From NCBI GenBank assembly GCA_004431415.1, contig QPMI01000192.1, forward strand, positions 108,873 through 172,872: DNA of 64,000 bases, written 5' to 3'. The DNA is from Cyanophora paradoxa CCMP329 (lineage: Eukaryota; Plantae; Glaucophyta). The position numbers were made by a program, and so were the translations under genes. The notes beneath the pieces were generated by a model. It was not told the origin of the DNA. It saw nothing but the letters and a program-made list of their open reading frames with translations, and did not search any database. Shown piece by piece: positions 1 through 10,800 of the stretch; positions within the stretch are counted from its first letter, which is position 1, and each line of letters starts with the position of its first letter.

Positions 1-3000
1 CGACGACATGTCCTCGCTCCACATCCGGAACTGTGAAAGAATACATTTATCGAATAAAGGCTGAAGCCCGTCGCGGCGGATCCGAACCTCAGAAAAGAGC
101 GTGTTTGACAGAAGTGCCTCGCCCCCGTAGTTATTGCCCCCGAGGTATCCGCGGGTGCCCCTGGCTAGGGCGGCGGGCAGCGCCCTCATGTCCTGCGTCT
201 TCTCGTCGAAGAGGACGCCGTCGACGAAGCCGCGGACAGTGGCGAGGGTCTGGTCCAGCCCCGAGATCGCGATGTGCACGTGGTTCCATTCCGAGAGCTG
301 CGAGATCGAATGGCATTAAACATTGGAATTGAGCTCCGAATTCGAAGTGCTGCGAAATTGAGGGGAGAAGGTCATCCTACCTTAACAGTTTTTGTGCTGT
401 TCTCGAAGAGGGTGACCGCCTGCCTGGCGCCTTGGCTATCGAGCGCTCCGATTGTGATAGCGAGAGCATTCGATAGGTCGAGGAACTCGGCGAAGACCAC
501 ATCAGTCGAATTGCTATCCGCGCCGATCTCGAGCAGGCGTGTGCCGTTTGCGGGTGCGTTGATGGGCACAATCCAGAAGTCGAGCGAGAGTGCGGTCACG
601 AGCGGCCACGTTGTGTTCGAATTCATGTTAATGCTGATCTCACCCGGAGGCTCGAGCTCTGAGAACTTCATTCCTGCGGGTACGCGGATACGTAGTCGCG
701 GTGAGCCACATTCACGTTTCGAGCTCGCTTTTGCAATACCACTTCGAACTCGACGCACCGCAAACCGGCGGCTGCTTCCCTTCGACAGGCCCCGAGTCTC
801 CACCTCCCGTGCTCGTTCCGTCATCGGTCGGGCCGGTCGGGGCTGCGGGGTCCTCCGCCGCCGCCGGCGGTGCTCCTGCCTCGGGAATACTGCCCTCCTC
901 GTAGAAGGGGACATAAAAGTCGGCGGGGCCGCTGCTGAGCTCTGCATCGAAATCCAGCGCGACATCTATGTTGAGGCTGCTGACTTCCGCCTTGCAGCTG
1001 TAGTTGGTCGCCATCGACAAGTTCTGCAGGGTGAAGACGAATGACTTTTGCTGGCCCTCGATGATGCCGAAGGCTTGCTGAGCTTCGGTGACCCCAGAGG
1101 CGTCCGCCGTGCCATTGAGCGTGCACTTCACGCGGACGGAGACGTTCCTCCCGCCGCCCCACACGGCCAGGTTTTTGATCTGCAGCCCCTCGTCAAACGA
1201 GAAATATACAACGAGTGTGGTCGCCGTTGAAGAAACACTGTTCACCGTCACCGGAAAGTAAGAGGTGAGACCAGTTGCTTGCGCCGTGATGTTCGCTGTT
1301 CGTACGCACACGGTTATATATGTGTGTTGTTATTCGAGTCATTTGGAAAATAGCTTACCTGCGAACCAAGCGCACTTCTCCACGACAATGTTGCGGGTAG
1401 CGTTGCCGGAAACAGCACTGCATCCGAATGCCGGCCGGCTTGAACCAGTCCCTTCCGGGCTCAGCGTTTGAGCCTTTCCGTTCAACAAAGTTCCGCTGTA
1501 GTCTTTAGCGACAGCTGTAGCGCTCTGCCAAAGAAGATCAGAAGAGCGATACTTTTAGAAGGACTGGTTTCATTCTTCAAATACATTTATTTCGTTGTTC
1601 TTGAAGTACCTGCGGGCGCAATTGTCAGCATTCATGAAGAAAGCTATAGCTAGTAACTATAAGGGCTCACATGTACATGCGATACTTCCTGCATGGATCC
1701 AACCGATTCAGGACCGAGCGAATCTGGCTTCAGAACGAAGCACGCAAAAACGGGTTCTGCAATGGAACAGCGCACAGGAGCATGCGGCACGAGATGCGGT
1801 TCATGTACAAGTCCTGGATCTCCGCCTGTGTAAGCGCTTGCTTCCAAGCTTTGAACCTGCGCACGCGCCAGTGACATTAATGATACTTGCAATTTGTCAA
1901 AGCAAAACATACACCAACAGGATCCCGGGCGTGAACGGCTGAGATAAGCGCATTCGTATACGCACTCAGAAATCACGACTCCCTTGGGCTGCTCCCAAGG
2001 AACATCGGCCTCGCCGATCTTTGCCGTCGCCCTCGCGTAGCCGGACCGCATCGGAGTCATTTTGTTCAACGGGTCGCCCACCACAGGACGGGGTCCAATG
2101 GAAGCGGCGTCGTTCGGGCCACTAACAGTCATTCGGGCTCCGTTACGATAGCAGGCGAGAGATGCTACGTTTCCAGAGGTCGTCTGGCCGATGACAACCG
2201 CCTGTAACGTTAACCGCGACGAGCCTGATCAGTATGCGCAGCACCGCAGTGCAAATTGCGAGAATTCTGGAAAATTGCACGAACGCACGTAATGAATCTA
2301 CGCATGCCGCGCAACCCACATCACAACATGTCAGCAGAGCAGACTTAGCATGGTATTATGAGTAGCGCTTAAGGGCAAATTGCGCATGCGCACCCAAGTA
2401 TTTGGCTAAGTATGAGAGAAGCGCAACGAAAGATCATGCGCAGTGGAATATGAGCATTATGCAAAATGGGCTAGTTGTTCAAATGCGCGAGCACCGGGAG
2501 AAGGCCTAGCCCATTTCCAACGGAGTCGATTGTTTCGCAGCTTCTGTAAAATTCAGCGCCGTACCCCATCTGGACTTGCAATGTCCTGAACGAGCCCGAG
2601 GAGGTTGGCTTCATCCAGAACCTGAGCACACGGATTGTGATTAGCGCGCGCTCGAGGAAAGCACCAATCCCGCGCATGAGCACCAGATCTTGAAGGCGGT
2701 CCCCGCGACCGAGGGGTTCCACTGACTGAAGATGGGCCATGGAAAGAGTTGGCCTTGGGTGTTATCCACCCCGTCAACTGGGTTGACGCGATGCACCCTT
2801 CCAGTGATTGTTAGGAGGAGGGGCAATGCCAAGGGGGAGCATCAAGAGGACGACGCGCCAGAATTCAATGGTCACGGGGTTCACAAAAGTCGAGCTGTAG
2901 GCGAAGTTTGTTATTGATGCGCCTTCTAGTGCCGCAGCGCCGAACGCGGAGCTCCGGAATCGGAGCCCTGCGCCAGAACAGCCGAGGAATTTGAGCTTCT

Positions 3001-5858
3001 ATATATACACTATATATTGTGAGAGAGTCGCGATTGCGCACCGCAGGGTGCGCTCTTGTGCGCGGGTACGCGGATTGTCGGGGTCGGGGTCGACGACTTC
3101 AAAACAGTGTTACCTCGCCCTATCTTTGCGCTGCAGTTGTAGCCCTCGCTAGCGACCATTCTGAGGTGCAGTTGCGGCGCGCGCGTCGGATGCCGGCGAG
3201 TGCGGATCGAAAGCTTGGGCCGCGGGGGCTCACTGGTCTGCCTCGGTAATGGTGACCTTCGCCTCGCCGCCGCTGGCAGCGACGTAGGCGACCTTCACGT
3301 TTCCATACGCCATCGTGTTGAAATTGTTGCCCGTGGTGCCGACGCGCACGCAGTCGACCCACACCGAGACGGCGGCGTCGGAGGCCCCAGTATTCTTGAC
3401 GGTGATCTCGAAGTGGGCGGTTTTCGCAACAAGCCGGTACGAGTCGATCACGACGTCGAGGCCCAGGCTTCCCGTCGGGAAGCAATTCGCGACGGACACT
3501 GCCGCCCGAGTACCCGCCGAACATGAACCCACGGGGGGCTCATCGTAAGAAAGGGCGGGAACGACCATCTGCAGGCCGCTCCCGCTCGAGTCTGCAAAAG
3601 ACGTAGCGGTCTGAAGGCCCGGCGCCCCCCAAGCCGGAAGATAATGAATATCTCTGATCGTGAAGCGGGGCAGAACATATATATAAAAAACTCGAACGCA
3701 CGTTGATTTCGTTGAACTTCGGGTGCGAACATCGCAACGTGAGCGGGGGCCGTATGCGTGAGGGCGCGCGTGCTGGGAGCACTGCGAGCGCAGACACACC
3801 TTCCAATAACTGACGAGAAAACCAATCAGCTCAAGGACGTAAACAGGAATTCGATATCGCGGGCGCACTGGTAGAGCTCATGCTTCCTGAAGTAGTCGCA
3901 GGAGAATGCATTGTTGTACAGGTCCCCGACTTCTGCTGCGGTGAGGGCTGCTGCCCACATGCGGATCTCGGCAAGGTCCGTGTTCACGAGGCTGAAGTCG
4001 GCTCGGTAGATGGCCGTGAGGGACGCTGCTAGTATCTGTGAAGTGGCCGCAGAGTTTAGCGGTCGTCTGGCGGTCGATGTCGAGCGGCAGCGGCCGGTAC
4101 TCACGGGGTTGGCCGTGGGGCGGTCGCGGAAGGTTTCGCCGATGAGCCCCGCTCGAATCCCGAACCGGTCGGAGTATGTTCTGTCCGAGCCCGTGCCCGT
4201 GACATGCAAGTAGTATCGGTCGATGTTAGTTGTCGACCAGAGCGGGGGCTGTGCGTCATTGCGTGGATTAATGCAGATCGATATTGATACATGTGCACTG
4301 CAAATGGACGTGATGACTGCATTCACCAATTTGTGTCTCGTATTGGGATCGCTAAGAAACGATCCCCGCGCCGAAAAGCCTCCGGCAACGCCATTCCTAG
4401 GCGAGCCAAAAAGTCAGTTACAGTCGGGCTGGAGTAATACCTGAGCCCAGATCCGCAACGAAGCGCGAGCGCGCCTGTACCAACGGACTTGCGCCTGGTT
4501 GCTCGCATCGGTTGCCTCTATCACTATAGCCTGTTCTCGACGTTAGCACGGGCGCACACGTAGTCAACTATATATAGCTAGTGACAGTGCACTTACCACA
4601 TGGTACTGCGCCGTCATGAAAAATCATATGCATGCCAGGAATAAGCGGTCAATTGCAAGCGATCGATGAAGTCAAAGATTATATAATTAGTTGTAGAATT
4701 AATATTGCATTGAACGCACCCAGCTACCATCCCGCTATAATACACGGATAGAGATGCATAGGGTGTTAGAATCAGTCAAAGCAAAAATGCAAATTGAGAT
4801 CTTGATGTGATGACGAAGCGCACCGGGATCGCATCGCTTGCAACGCCACCGTACAGAGTAACAGACCCGCGCGCTGTGCTTGCAAGACTTCCGTACTGTT
4901 CTCGTAGGCGATCGTGATCGCGCGTTAATTTGATCAGGCTCTCTGTTCTCGCATATGCATGTGCATGCGCTCTCGACGGACCGTCATGTTAACATTCAAA
5001 AAGTTTCGGTTAACGTTGTTGTGCCGATCGTAGCCGAATGACTGTGAGTGCGCGCGAGGACGGATATCGATCAGACGCGATGGCCTGAGATCGGCCGAAA
5101 ACGGCGCCTACCACGGAGAACTCATCGTCCTACGCCCAATGGGCCGCAAGTCAGAGCTGAAAAGCCGCTTTGCAGGGGGCGCCGACCTCGTCATTGCCGA
5201 ACGCGATGATTCCCGATGGATTTACCATGTAATCGCCCGTCCCGAGATTGCTCTTTATCCTGCATGCGCAGGCCCATCAGCAGCTTCAGCATTGAGGAAT
5301 GATCAGACCTGGAATACAATAGCGAGACCTCACCAGAATTCCTAAGTCACCAACCACGTGCGTATGAAGGAGAGATTTCAGAAGCGTTTTTTAAGCACGA
5401 GAACAAACGGAAATACGCACCAACGTCATGGGATTCGTGTAGCGGATCTGAAAAAGGCCGCAGCCGGCGTTATCGTTGGCTTCGATGACCGTTAACAAAT
5501 GCCGCGATCGCGACGCACCTTGGGGTAAGAGTTGACGAGAGCCACTCTTGCTGTTTCAGAAGAAGCCAACTCCGACGGTCGCAGCAGGCGCATTGTGGTG
5601 TACTTGTCGAAGCCAAAAGCCGACCCCGGCGCCGTTCTCCCGAATTTGAGACCTGTCGCGCGCTCAATCCAAGACGATGAGGGGATGCATATGCACATAT
5701 TCTATCGATCAGGGTCGTCGATCATGGCCGGCTTCAAGCTCACCGCATGTCGGCGGAGCCTGGGCGCTGGCGCTCCGCACGGCGGCGAGCAGCACAATGG
5801 CAAGAAGCACGATGCTGCAGCTGAACCCTGCAGCTGCTGCTGCGCGCGTCGGCCCCAT
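1..5858 (-). CDS. Spliced host gene (or tandem paralogues), secreted/surface protein with LamG-like and Ig-like domains; exon structure not resolved, runs off the left edge
   Basis: ATG at 5858 gives signal-peptide-like MGPTRAAAAAGFSCSIVLLAIVLLAAVRSASAQ, then a GTGAG donor at 5743. Exon-like segments read LAEIRMWAAALTAAEVGDLYN and ALSLDFW (LamG-like) and FEITVKNTG (Ig/CARDB-like). Confidence 0.45.
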
Positions 5859-6978
5859 ATGCAATGCGTTCGAGCAATTGCAAGTTAAGCTGAAGGATGT
5901 GTATCAACCCGAGATTTAGACCCGGAAAGTCGACCCGCGGCCGTGTCCTGCAGTAGACGCTGAACGTTAATTGCAACTGCACATTGAGTACTAGTGCATG
6001 CGCACACGCTCCGATATCGAATCTCGAAAACTCGTCATGATCACACACACCTGGCTGCGACCGTACGTACTACGGTATACGTACACGCGCGCGTCAGCCC
6101 CGACACGCCGCACGCGTACGATGCTCGGCCCTTGCAGCTGCAGCGCGAGCTGCGGAGCAGTAGCAGCCGCTGAGCCCACCGTGGCACTAGCAGGGACTAA
6201 ATAATGATAGCTAAGGCCTAATTCAATCATTATGTTAGCCCCTTATATAATTACGTATACACTGTGACAGTACTGTAGACCGTCGACGTCGGACAGTAGT
6301 ACTGTACTACGCGTAGAATACTATATATAGGCTATAATATAGCTAGTACCGTGGTACTACGGTAGTACGTCCAGAGACTCCATCCCTAGAACTTTAATTT
6401 TGACGACTGGCAAATTGGACGTCGACTCCGGCGGGCGCATGTCCGCCGTTGTCAGTGACTTGCTACTGTCCGGAGTCCAGCCTTTTTATTATCCACTGGC
6501 CAGGTTCCGAAAAGTTCCGGAACGTTTACTCTTACTAGTTAATTAGGGCACTGGCCGGGCCCGGCGGGGGGTCTCGCATCGCCGAGAGTCGGCCGGCGGC
6601 CCAGCCCAAGCCGCCGAAGTTCGGCCGCTGGCCCGGGCCCCGGGGTTCCGGGCTGGCCGCCACGCGCCAGCCTCCAGGCTCCAGCCAAAACTTGGCCAGC
6701 CGCCTCCAGCTGTCACAGTGCTGTGATCCGATGATCGTGTACATGAACACACCGACTAAGTCGAGGCCCTGAGGCTCGACGAGCCGGCTCGCGCTCGCGG
6801 CTCGAGAGTCGAGACTCGTGTCACAGACTCACAGTGTACCGGTATACCCCGGCCCTTGACTGCATCTGCTTCGACTTCCAAGTTACGCGATTGGCTGCGC
6901 GACGGCAGCGCAATTTGAATTGGCTAGCCGTTAGGCTGCTGCATCATGGACTGCGAACCGAAGCTAGGTGCCTAGGTT

Positions 6979-6984
6979 CAGATG
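6979..6984 (+). repeat. Left 6-bp target-site duplication (CAGATG) of element 1
   Basis: Identical CAGATG lies immediately outside both TIRs (6979-6984 and 31664-31669). Confidence 0.9.
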
Positions 6985-7503
6985 GCTCGCATGCAGGTCA
7001 CCCCCACCAATTGCGCGCCCTCATCTTTCCTTCCCCACTACCATTCTCAGTAAGCCCATTATCCATTTTCAAATTTCTCAGTAAGGCTCAGTAACAAATT
7101 ATAAATTAGCACTGTATTTTTCAAACATCTAACCCTTCCTTACTGAAACCAATCGCGAAACCCTTTCATTCTTCATTTTTCTAATCTCTTACCATTCCCA
7201 GTAAGCCCTTAAACCCTCCCTCGATTTCTCAGTAAGGACAGTAAGACCCCTATTTTTACGAAATGTTCCCGATCGTTTCCAAACTGTTTTCAGTTAACAA
7301 ATTGAAAAATAAAGGTGACCCCCACCGATAGCCTTAATTCGGGTTAATAAAATACGAAATCAAGGTGAACCCCACCGATAGAGTATGATGAGTGCGCAAG
7401 TTTGTCCTGCCGAAAATGCCCACCTGCACAAACTTGCGCACTCCACAGACGATAGACCACGTTAAAATAAACTCGCGCCCCGCCCACTATGCAAGATACA
7501 TGC
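6985..7503 (+). repeat. Left TIR of element 1 (519 bp)
   Basis: Reverse complement of 31147-31663; the differences found are two single-base homopolymer indels near 7220 and 7250. Confidence 0.95.
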
Positions 7504-7789
7504 AAACAACATGCGAGTTCTATGAAAAATAAACAATTCAGTCATGTATATATTTCGTATATATGTCTGAACCTCCGTGTGTGTGATCCCGCACAGCTTT
7601 CACTTTTTGTTTTTTCTTTTTTCCCGCAAATTCCGACATATACATATATACAGACCGGCGTCACCGACACATATTCGGGGTCATCACATCGCGGCGATTC
7701 CGAAAACATATATAGGATGCCACAAAGTAGTATTTTTACTTTCCTGACCAATCAGAACCGATTGCAAGTGAAAATCCTCATTGATACTG

Positions 7790-7918
7790 TTTTGTGGACA
7801 CCGGGGATACCCATTTTGTGGACACCGGGGATACCCATTTTGTGGACACCGGGGATACCCATTTTGTGGTCATTTTGTGGACACCGGGGATACTCATTTT
7901 GTGGACACCGGGGATACC
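7790..7918 (+). repeat. Tandem repeat, 24-bp unit TTTTGTGGACACCGGGGATACCCA, about 5 copies plus an 11-bp partial
   Basis: Directly visible; no spacers between units. Confidence 0.95.
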
Positions 7919-8626
7919 GGAAAGGAGAAAACGCCATACAAACCGTTCAGCGCTTGTCTCTCTTCACCAGGTCATCACCTTGCAAAACTGAAAATAGCGC
8001 CGTGACCGTCTTGACGAGGCTAGCACGTCCATATAAGTGTCATAGGCTCAATAAATTATGTGTAAAAGCATTTTTTATGAAAAATGCGATCCTCACGGCG
8101 ACTTGGCAAGGGAACCGGCTACTAATAGACCTTAGTAAAGCGCCATTGTAGCTGAACCTTGTAGTAGGGCTGAACCTTATAGTAGGTCTGTTATACCTTG
8201 CAAATTCTCAGTTAGAAGCATAATATCCGCCGGCAAATATTTACCATAACATCGCGATCGCGAATTCGCGGAGACCCCCTTCCGTTTTCCGGGCATAACT
8301 TTGGACAGGAAGCCGATCTCGGCGCGTTCTTAAATGCTACGTGCTCACACCTTGATTCCGGGCATGATGGTTATGCTTTGACTAGCTAAGCCTACCGTGG
8401 AGCAAAGACCGACCTCGATTTCTGCACAAGTGCCCGAAAACGGAGGTGTCCGCTACATTCTGAGCGCCGGCGCGCGTTCCCGGAGGGCTCCACTAGTCAT
8501 ACTTTGCATCTGTATGCGTATAGAGTAGTTCTACACTACTACAAAGCGGCGCGGTCTGATTCGCAAAGGGCGCGATTTGGCGGCTACGAAACCACATAGC
8601 TCACAAAAATATCGACTTAAATAATA

Positions 8627-9019
8627 ATGGATTCCCGATACCGCGGCTACCACGTTATGCTCGACTATATAACCGACCCGTTTACTGAGTCCCCGGAGGC
8701 ATGCGCCGAGTGGATCACAGCGAACCTATCGCAATATATAACAGATCGCAAGATGCGCATCGTGCACCAGCACACATGCATTTTCGATGGCTCTATTTCC
8801 CCTCCCGGTTTCGCGATTGGCTTTCTATTAGATGAGTCGCATGCCACAGCTCACTCTTATAGCGACCAGGGGCTATTAGCGATCGATATCTTTACATGCG
8901 GCTCAAATGCCGAAGCGAAGACAATGGGTATAGCACAGGACATTAACGATCTCATACAGGAAAGGCTGAAAGTGCGAAAGTGGGACTTACAGGTCGAGCA
9001 AAGGTTCCCAATTTCATAA
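8627..9019 (+). CDS. speD: S-adenosylmethionine decarboxylase proenzyme (prokaryotic class 1B-like, pyruvoyl-dependent)
   Basis: 130 aa; self-cleavage motif LLDE|SHATAHSY and catalytic-Cys motif AIDIFTCG. Confidence 0.88.
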   Translation: MDSRYRGYHVMLDYITDPFTESPEACAEWITANLSQYITDRKMRIVHQHTCIFDGSISPPGFAIGFLLDESHATAHSYSDQGLLAIDIFTCGSNAEAKTMGIAQDINDLIQERLKVRKWDLQVEQRFPIS

Positions 9020-9044
9020 AAAATGAAAAAAACGACAGATATAT

Positions 9045-9359
9045 TTAATGCTCCTTGATCGGAAACTTGCCCATTAGCGGGTGATCGAGACCCATGACAT
9101 ACCAGGATTTCATAACGGGATCCCAGCGGGCTTTCTCAGCCTTCGCTTGATCCTTAAATTCATAAGGAATATCGAGGTAAACCTTCACGTTTCTTTGATA
9201 CACTTGCTCATAGCTTAGAGTTTTGAACTGAGAGCATAGGGGGTGATCTTTCTTTATGACATACCAGCATGAATTCTCACGATCCCACTTTCCACCGAGG
9301 GATTTCGCAACGTCTTTTTTATCAAACGGAATATCAACATAATACTTTTCACCCTCCAT
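9045..9359 (-). CDS. Tandem DUF5710-like domain protein
   Basis: Two repeats: YYVDIPFDKKDVAKSLGGKWD..WYV and YLDIPYEFKDQAKAEKARWD..WYV. Confidence 0.75.
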   Translation of the reverse strand: MEGEKYYVDIPFDKKDVAKSLGGKWDRENSCWYVIKKDHPLCSQFKTLSYEQVYQRNVKVYLDIPYEFKDQAKAEKARWDPVMKSWYVMGLDHPLMGKFPIKEH

Positions 9360-9372
9360 CTCTTTTATATTT

Positions 9373-9392
9373 ACCGGAGAAAATAATTTCGG
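9373..9392 (-). promoter_or_regulatory. Putative viral promoter motif CCGAAATTATTTTCTCCGGT
   Basis: Identical 20-mer at 15133-15152; variants at 15702, 21200, 54472 and 55005, each 8-31 nt upstream of a minus-strand ATG. Confidence 0.7.
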
Positions 9393-9398
9393 GGTTTG

Positions 9399-10781
9399 TT
9401 ATGAACGAGATGACCGAAGAATGCGCGTAGTAGGGGCTGTATAGCTTGCGCTCTGATTCTTGAATGATTTATACCACCGCTGACTGTTTACCTCTGAGAG
9501 CTTCTCAGTGCCGGCAATCGTTAATTTCGCGAGCTCTCTAAGCGCCCTCTTAGTCTTCTCCGCGCGATCTTCCAATAGAGCGCCTTTCGGAACACTTGCG
9601 GCGACATCTATGCCTTCTTTTTGAACCTGCCGAATAGAGGCTGCCTCTATCTCGGCTGCTTTAATTGCATTTTCTGCGGGCTCGACCACTGCCTCGACCT
9701 CTGTAATAATCTGCAATTCGTGCGGCTTAAATAGCTTCGGCATGAGGTATCCGGCTGCATCTTGCACCTCTATCGCGTTTCCTCTCCTTCCCGCAATTTT
9801 GTAGACCTCTCGGCTATACCTTTGTGTTGCTCCTTTATCAAACTTTGATCTTGGCAATAATACACGGACATGGAGACCCGGCTTAAAGTCGCTGAATATA
9901 TCCTTTACGATTGTGTTCTTCTTTGAAATAATAGCCGCTCGGATCCGCTCCATATCAGAAAGCTTAACATCTGCGGGTTTCATTCCTATGGTTCGGTGAA
10001 TCGTGTTGTTATAATTGAAAACGAAGTCGTCCAGCTTGTCCATAAATCGCACAGTGTTATAAGCGACACAGTAATTATTTATCATCGTTTTTAAGGTCAA
10101 ATGAAAGCGATTCATTATTCCCAGCGAAGTGTGATCTCCGACCTGTTTAAAGCGGTGTTCTATTCCGTTATTTTTAACGACCTCTTGGAACTCCTTCGCG
10201 ATGAATTCCGAACCGTTATCTGTCTCCAATCGAATCATCGGAGCCGGGAGCTCTGTAAGCATCTCCGCAAAAGCGGCGGCAACACTTGCGCCCTCCTTAT
10301 TCTTTAACTTCTTGGCATATGCTTTTCGACTTGTCATCTCGATGAGAGTAAGGACTGCAATGTAGCCGGAATTATAGCTGCCATATGAAAGATAAAAGAT
10401 GAGATCGGCTTGGTAGCACCACGGCGGGGCTGTGATGGGAATAAAAGCGGTTTGGGTCGGTGCGGGGGGCTTCTTGTTGATCTGCATAAATTCCTGTTTC
10501 GCTGCGACATCTTGCACTTCTTTCAATGTGAGGGTCTTGTCCTCTTTTCTCAGTTCTTCGTATATTGCGGATGGGTTCTTAAAACCTGTCTTCGGGTCAT
10601 ACATGCGGCGCACGATCTTAGAGGACGGGTTCGCAATGCTAAAAGGAACATCTCCTAATAAATTTGATTTTGCTTGGCGTTTTGTGATTTTTTGGGGGAC
10701 TTGTTCAGTCTCAGGAACCGCGATAGGTAGTATGGTGGTCTCTGTCTCCTCTCCCGCTACCCTTCTGACGATCCGTGACAT
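9399..10781 (-). CDS. Retroviral-like (rve) integrase, Polinton type, D-D35-N triad
   Basis: YQADL, LETDNGSEF, IMNRFHLTLK, YNNTIHRTIGMKP. Confidence 0.92.
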   Translation of the reverse strand: MSRIVRRVAGEETETTILPIAVPETEQVPQKITKRQAKSNLLGDVPFSIANPSSKIVRRMYDPKTGFKNPSAIYEELRKEDKTLTLKEVQDVAAKQEFMQINKKPPAPTQTAFIPITAPPWCYQADLIFYLSYGSYNSGYIAVLTLIEMTSRKAYAKKLKNKEGASVAAAFAEMLTELPAPMIRLETDNGSEFIAKEFQEVVKNNGIEHRFKQVGDHTSLGIMNRFHLTLKTMINNYCVAYNTVRFMDKLDDFVFNYNNTIHRTIGMKPADVKLSDMERIRAAIISKKNTIVKDIFSDFKPGLHVRVLLPRSKFDKGATQRYSREVYKIAGRRGNAIEVQDAAGYLMPKLFKPHELQIITEVEAVVEPAENAIKAAEIEAASIRQVQKEGIDVAASVPKGALLEDRAEKTKRALRELAKLTIAGTEKLSEVNSQRWYKSFKNQSASYTAPTTRILRSSRS

Positions 10782-10800
10782 TTCTTCTAATTAAACCTGT

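Noticed and set aside
712-3560. HAP2/GCS1 fusogen call for the host gene
   Set aside because: Only a generic Ig-like segment resembles it; no conserved HAP2 domain II motifs were seen.
7790-7918. CRISPR array
   Set aside because: Units are contiguous with no unique spacers, and there are no cas genes.
7489-8151. 220-aa ORF and overlapping small ORFs
   Set aside because: Largely translations of the 24-bp repeat, open in several frames, with no homologue in element 2.
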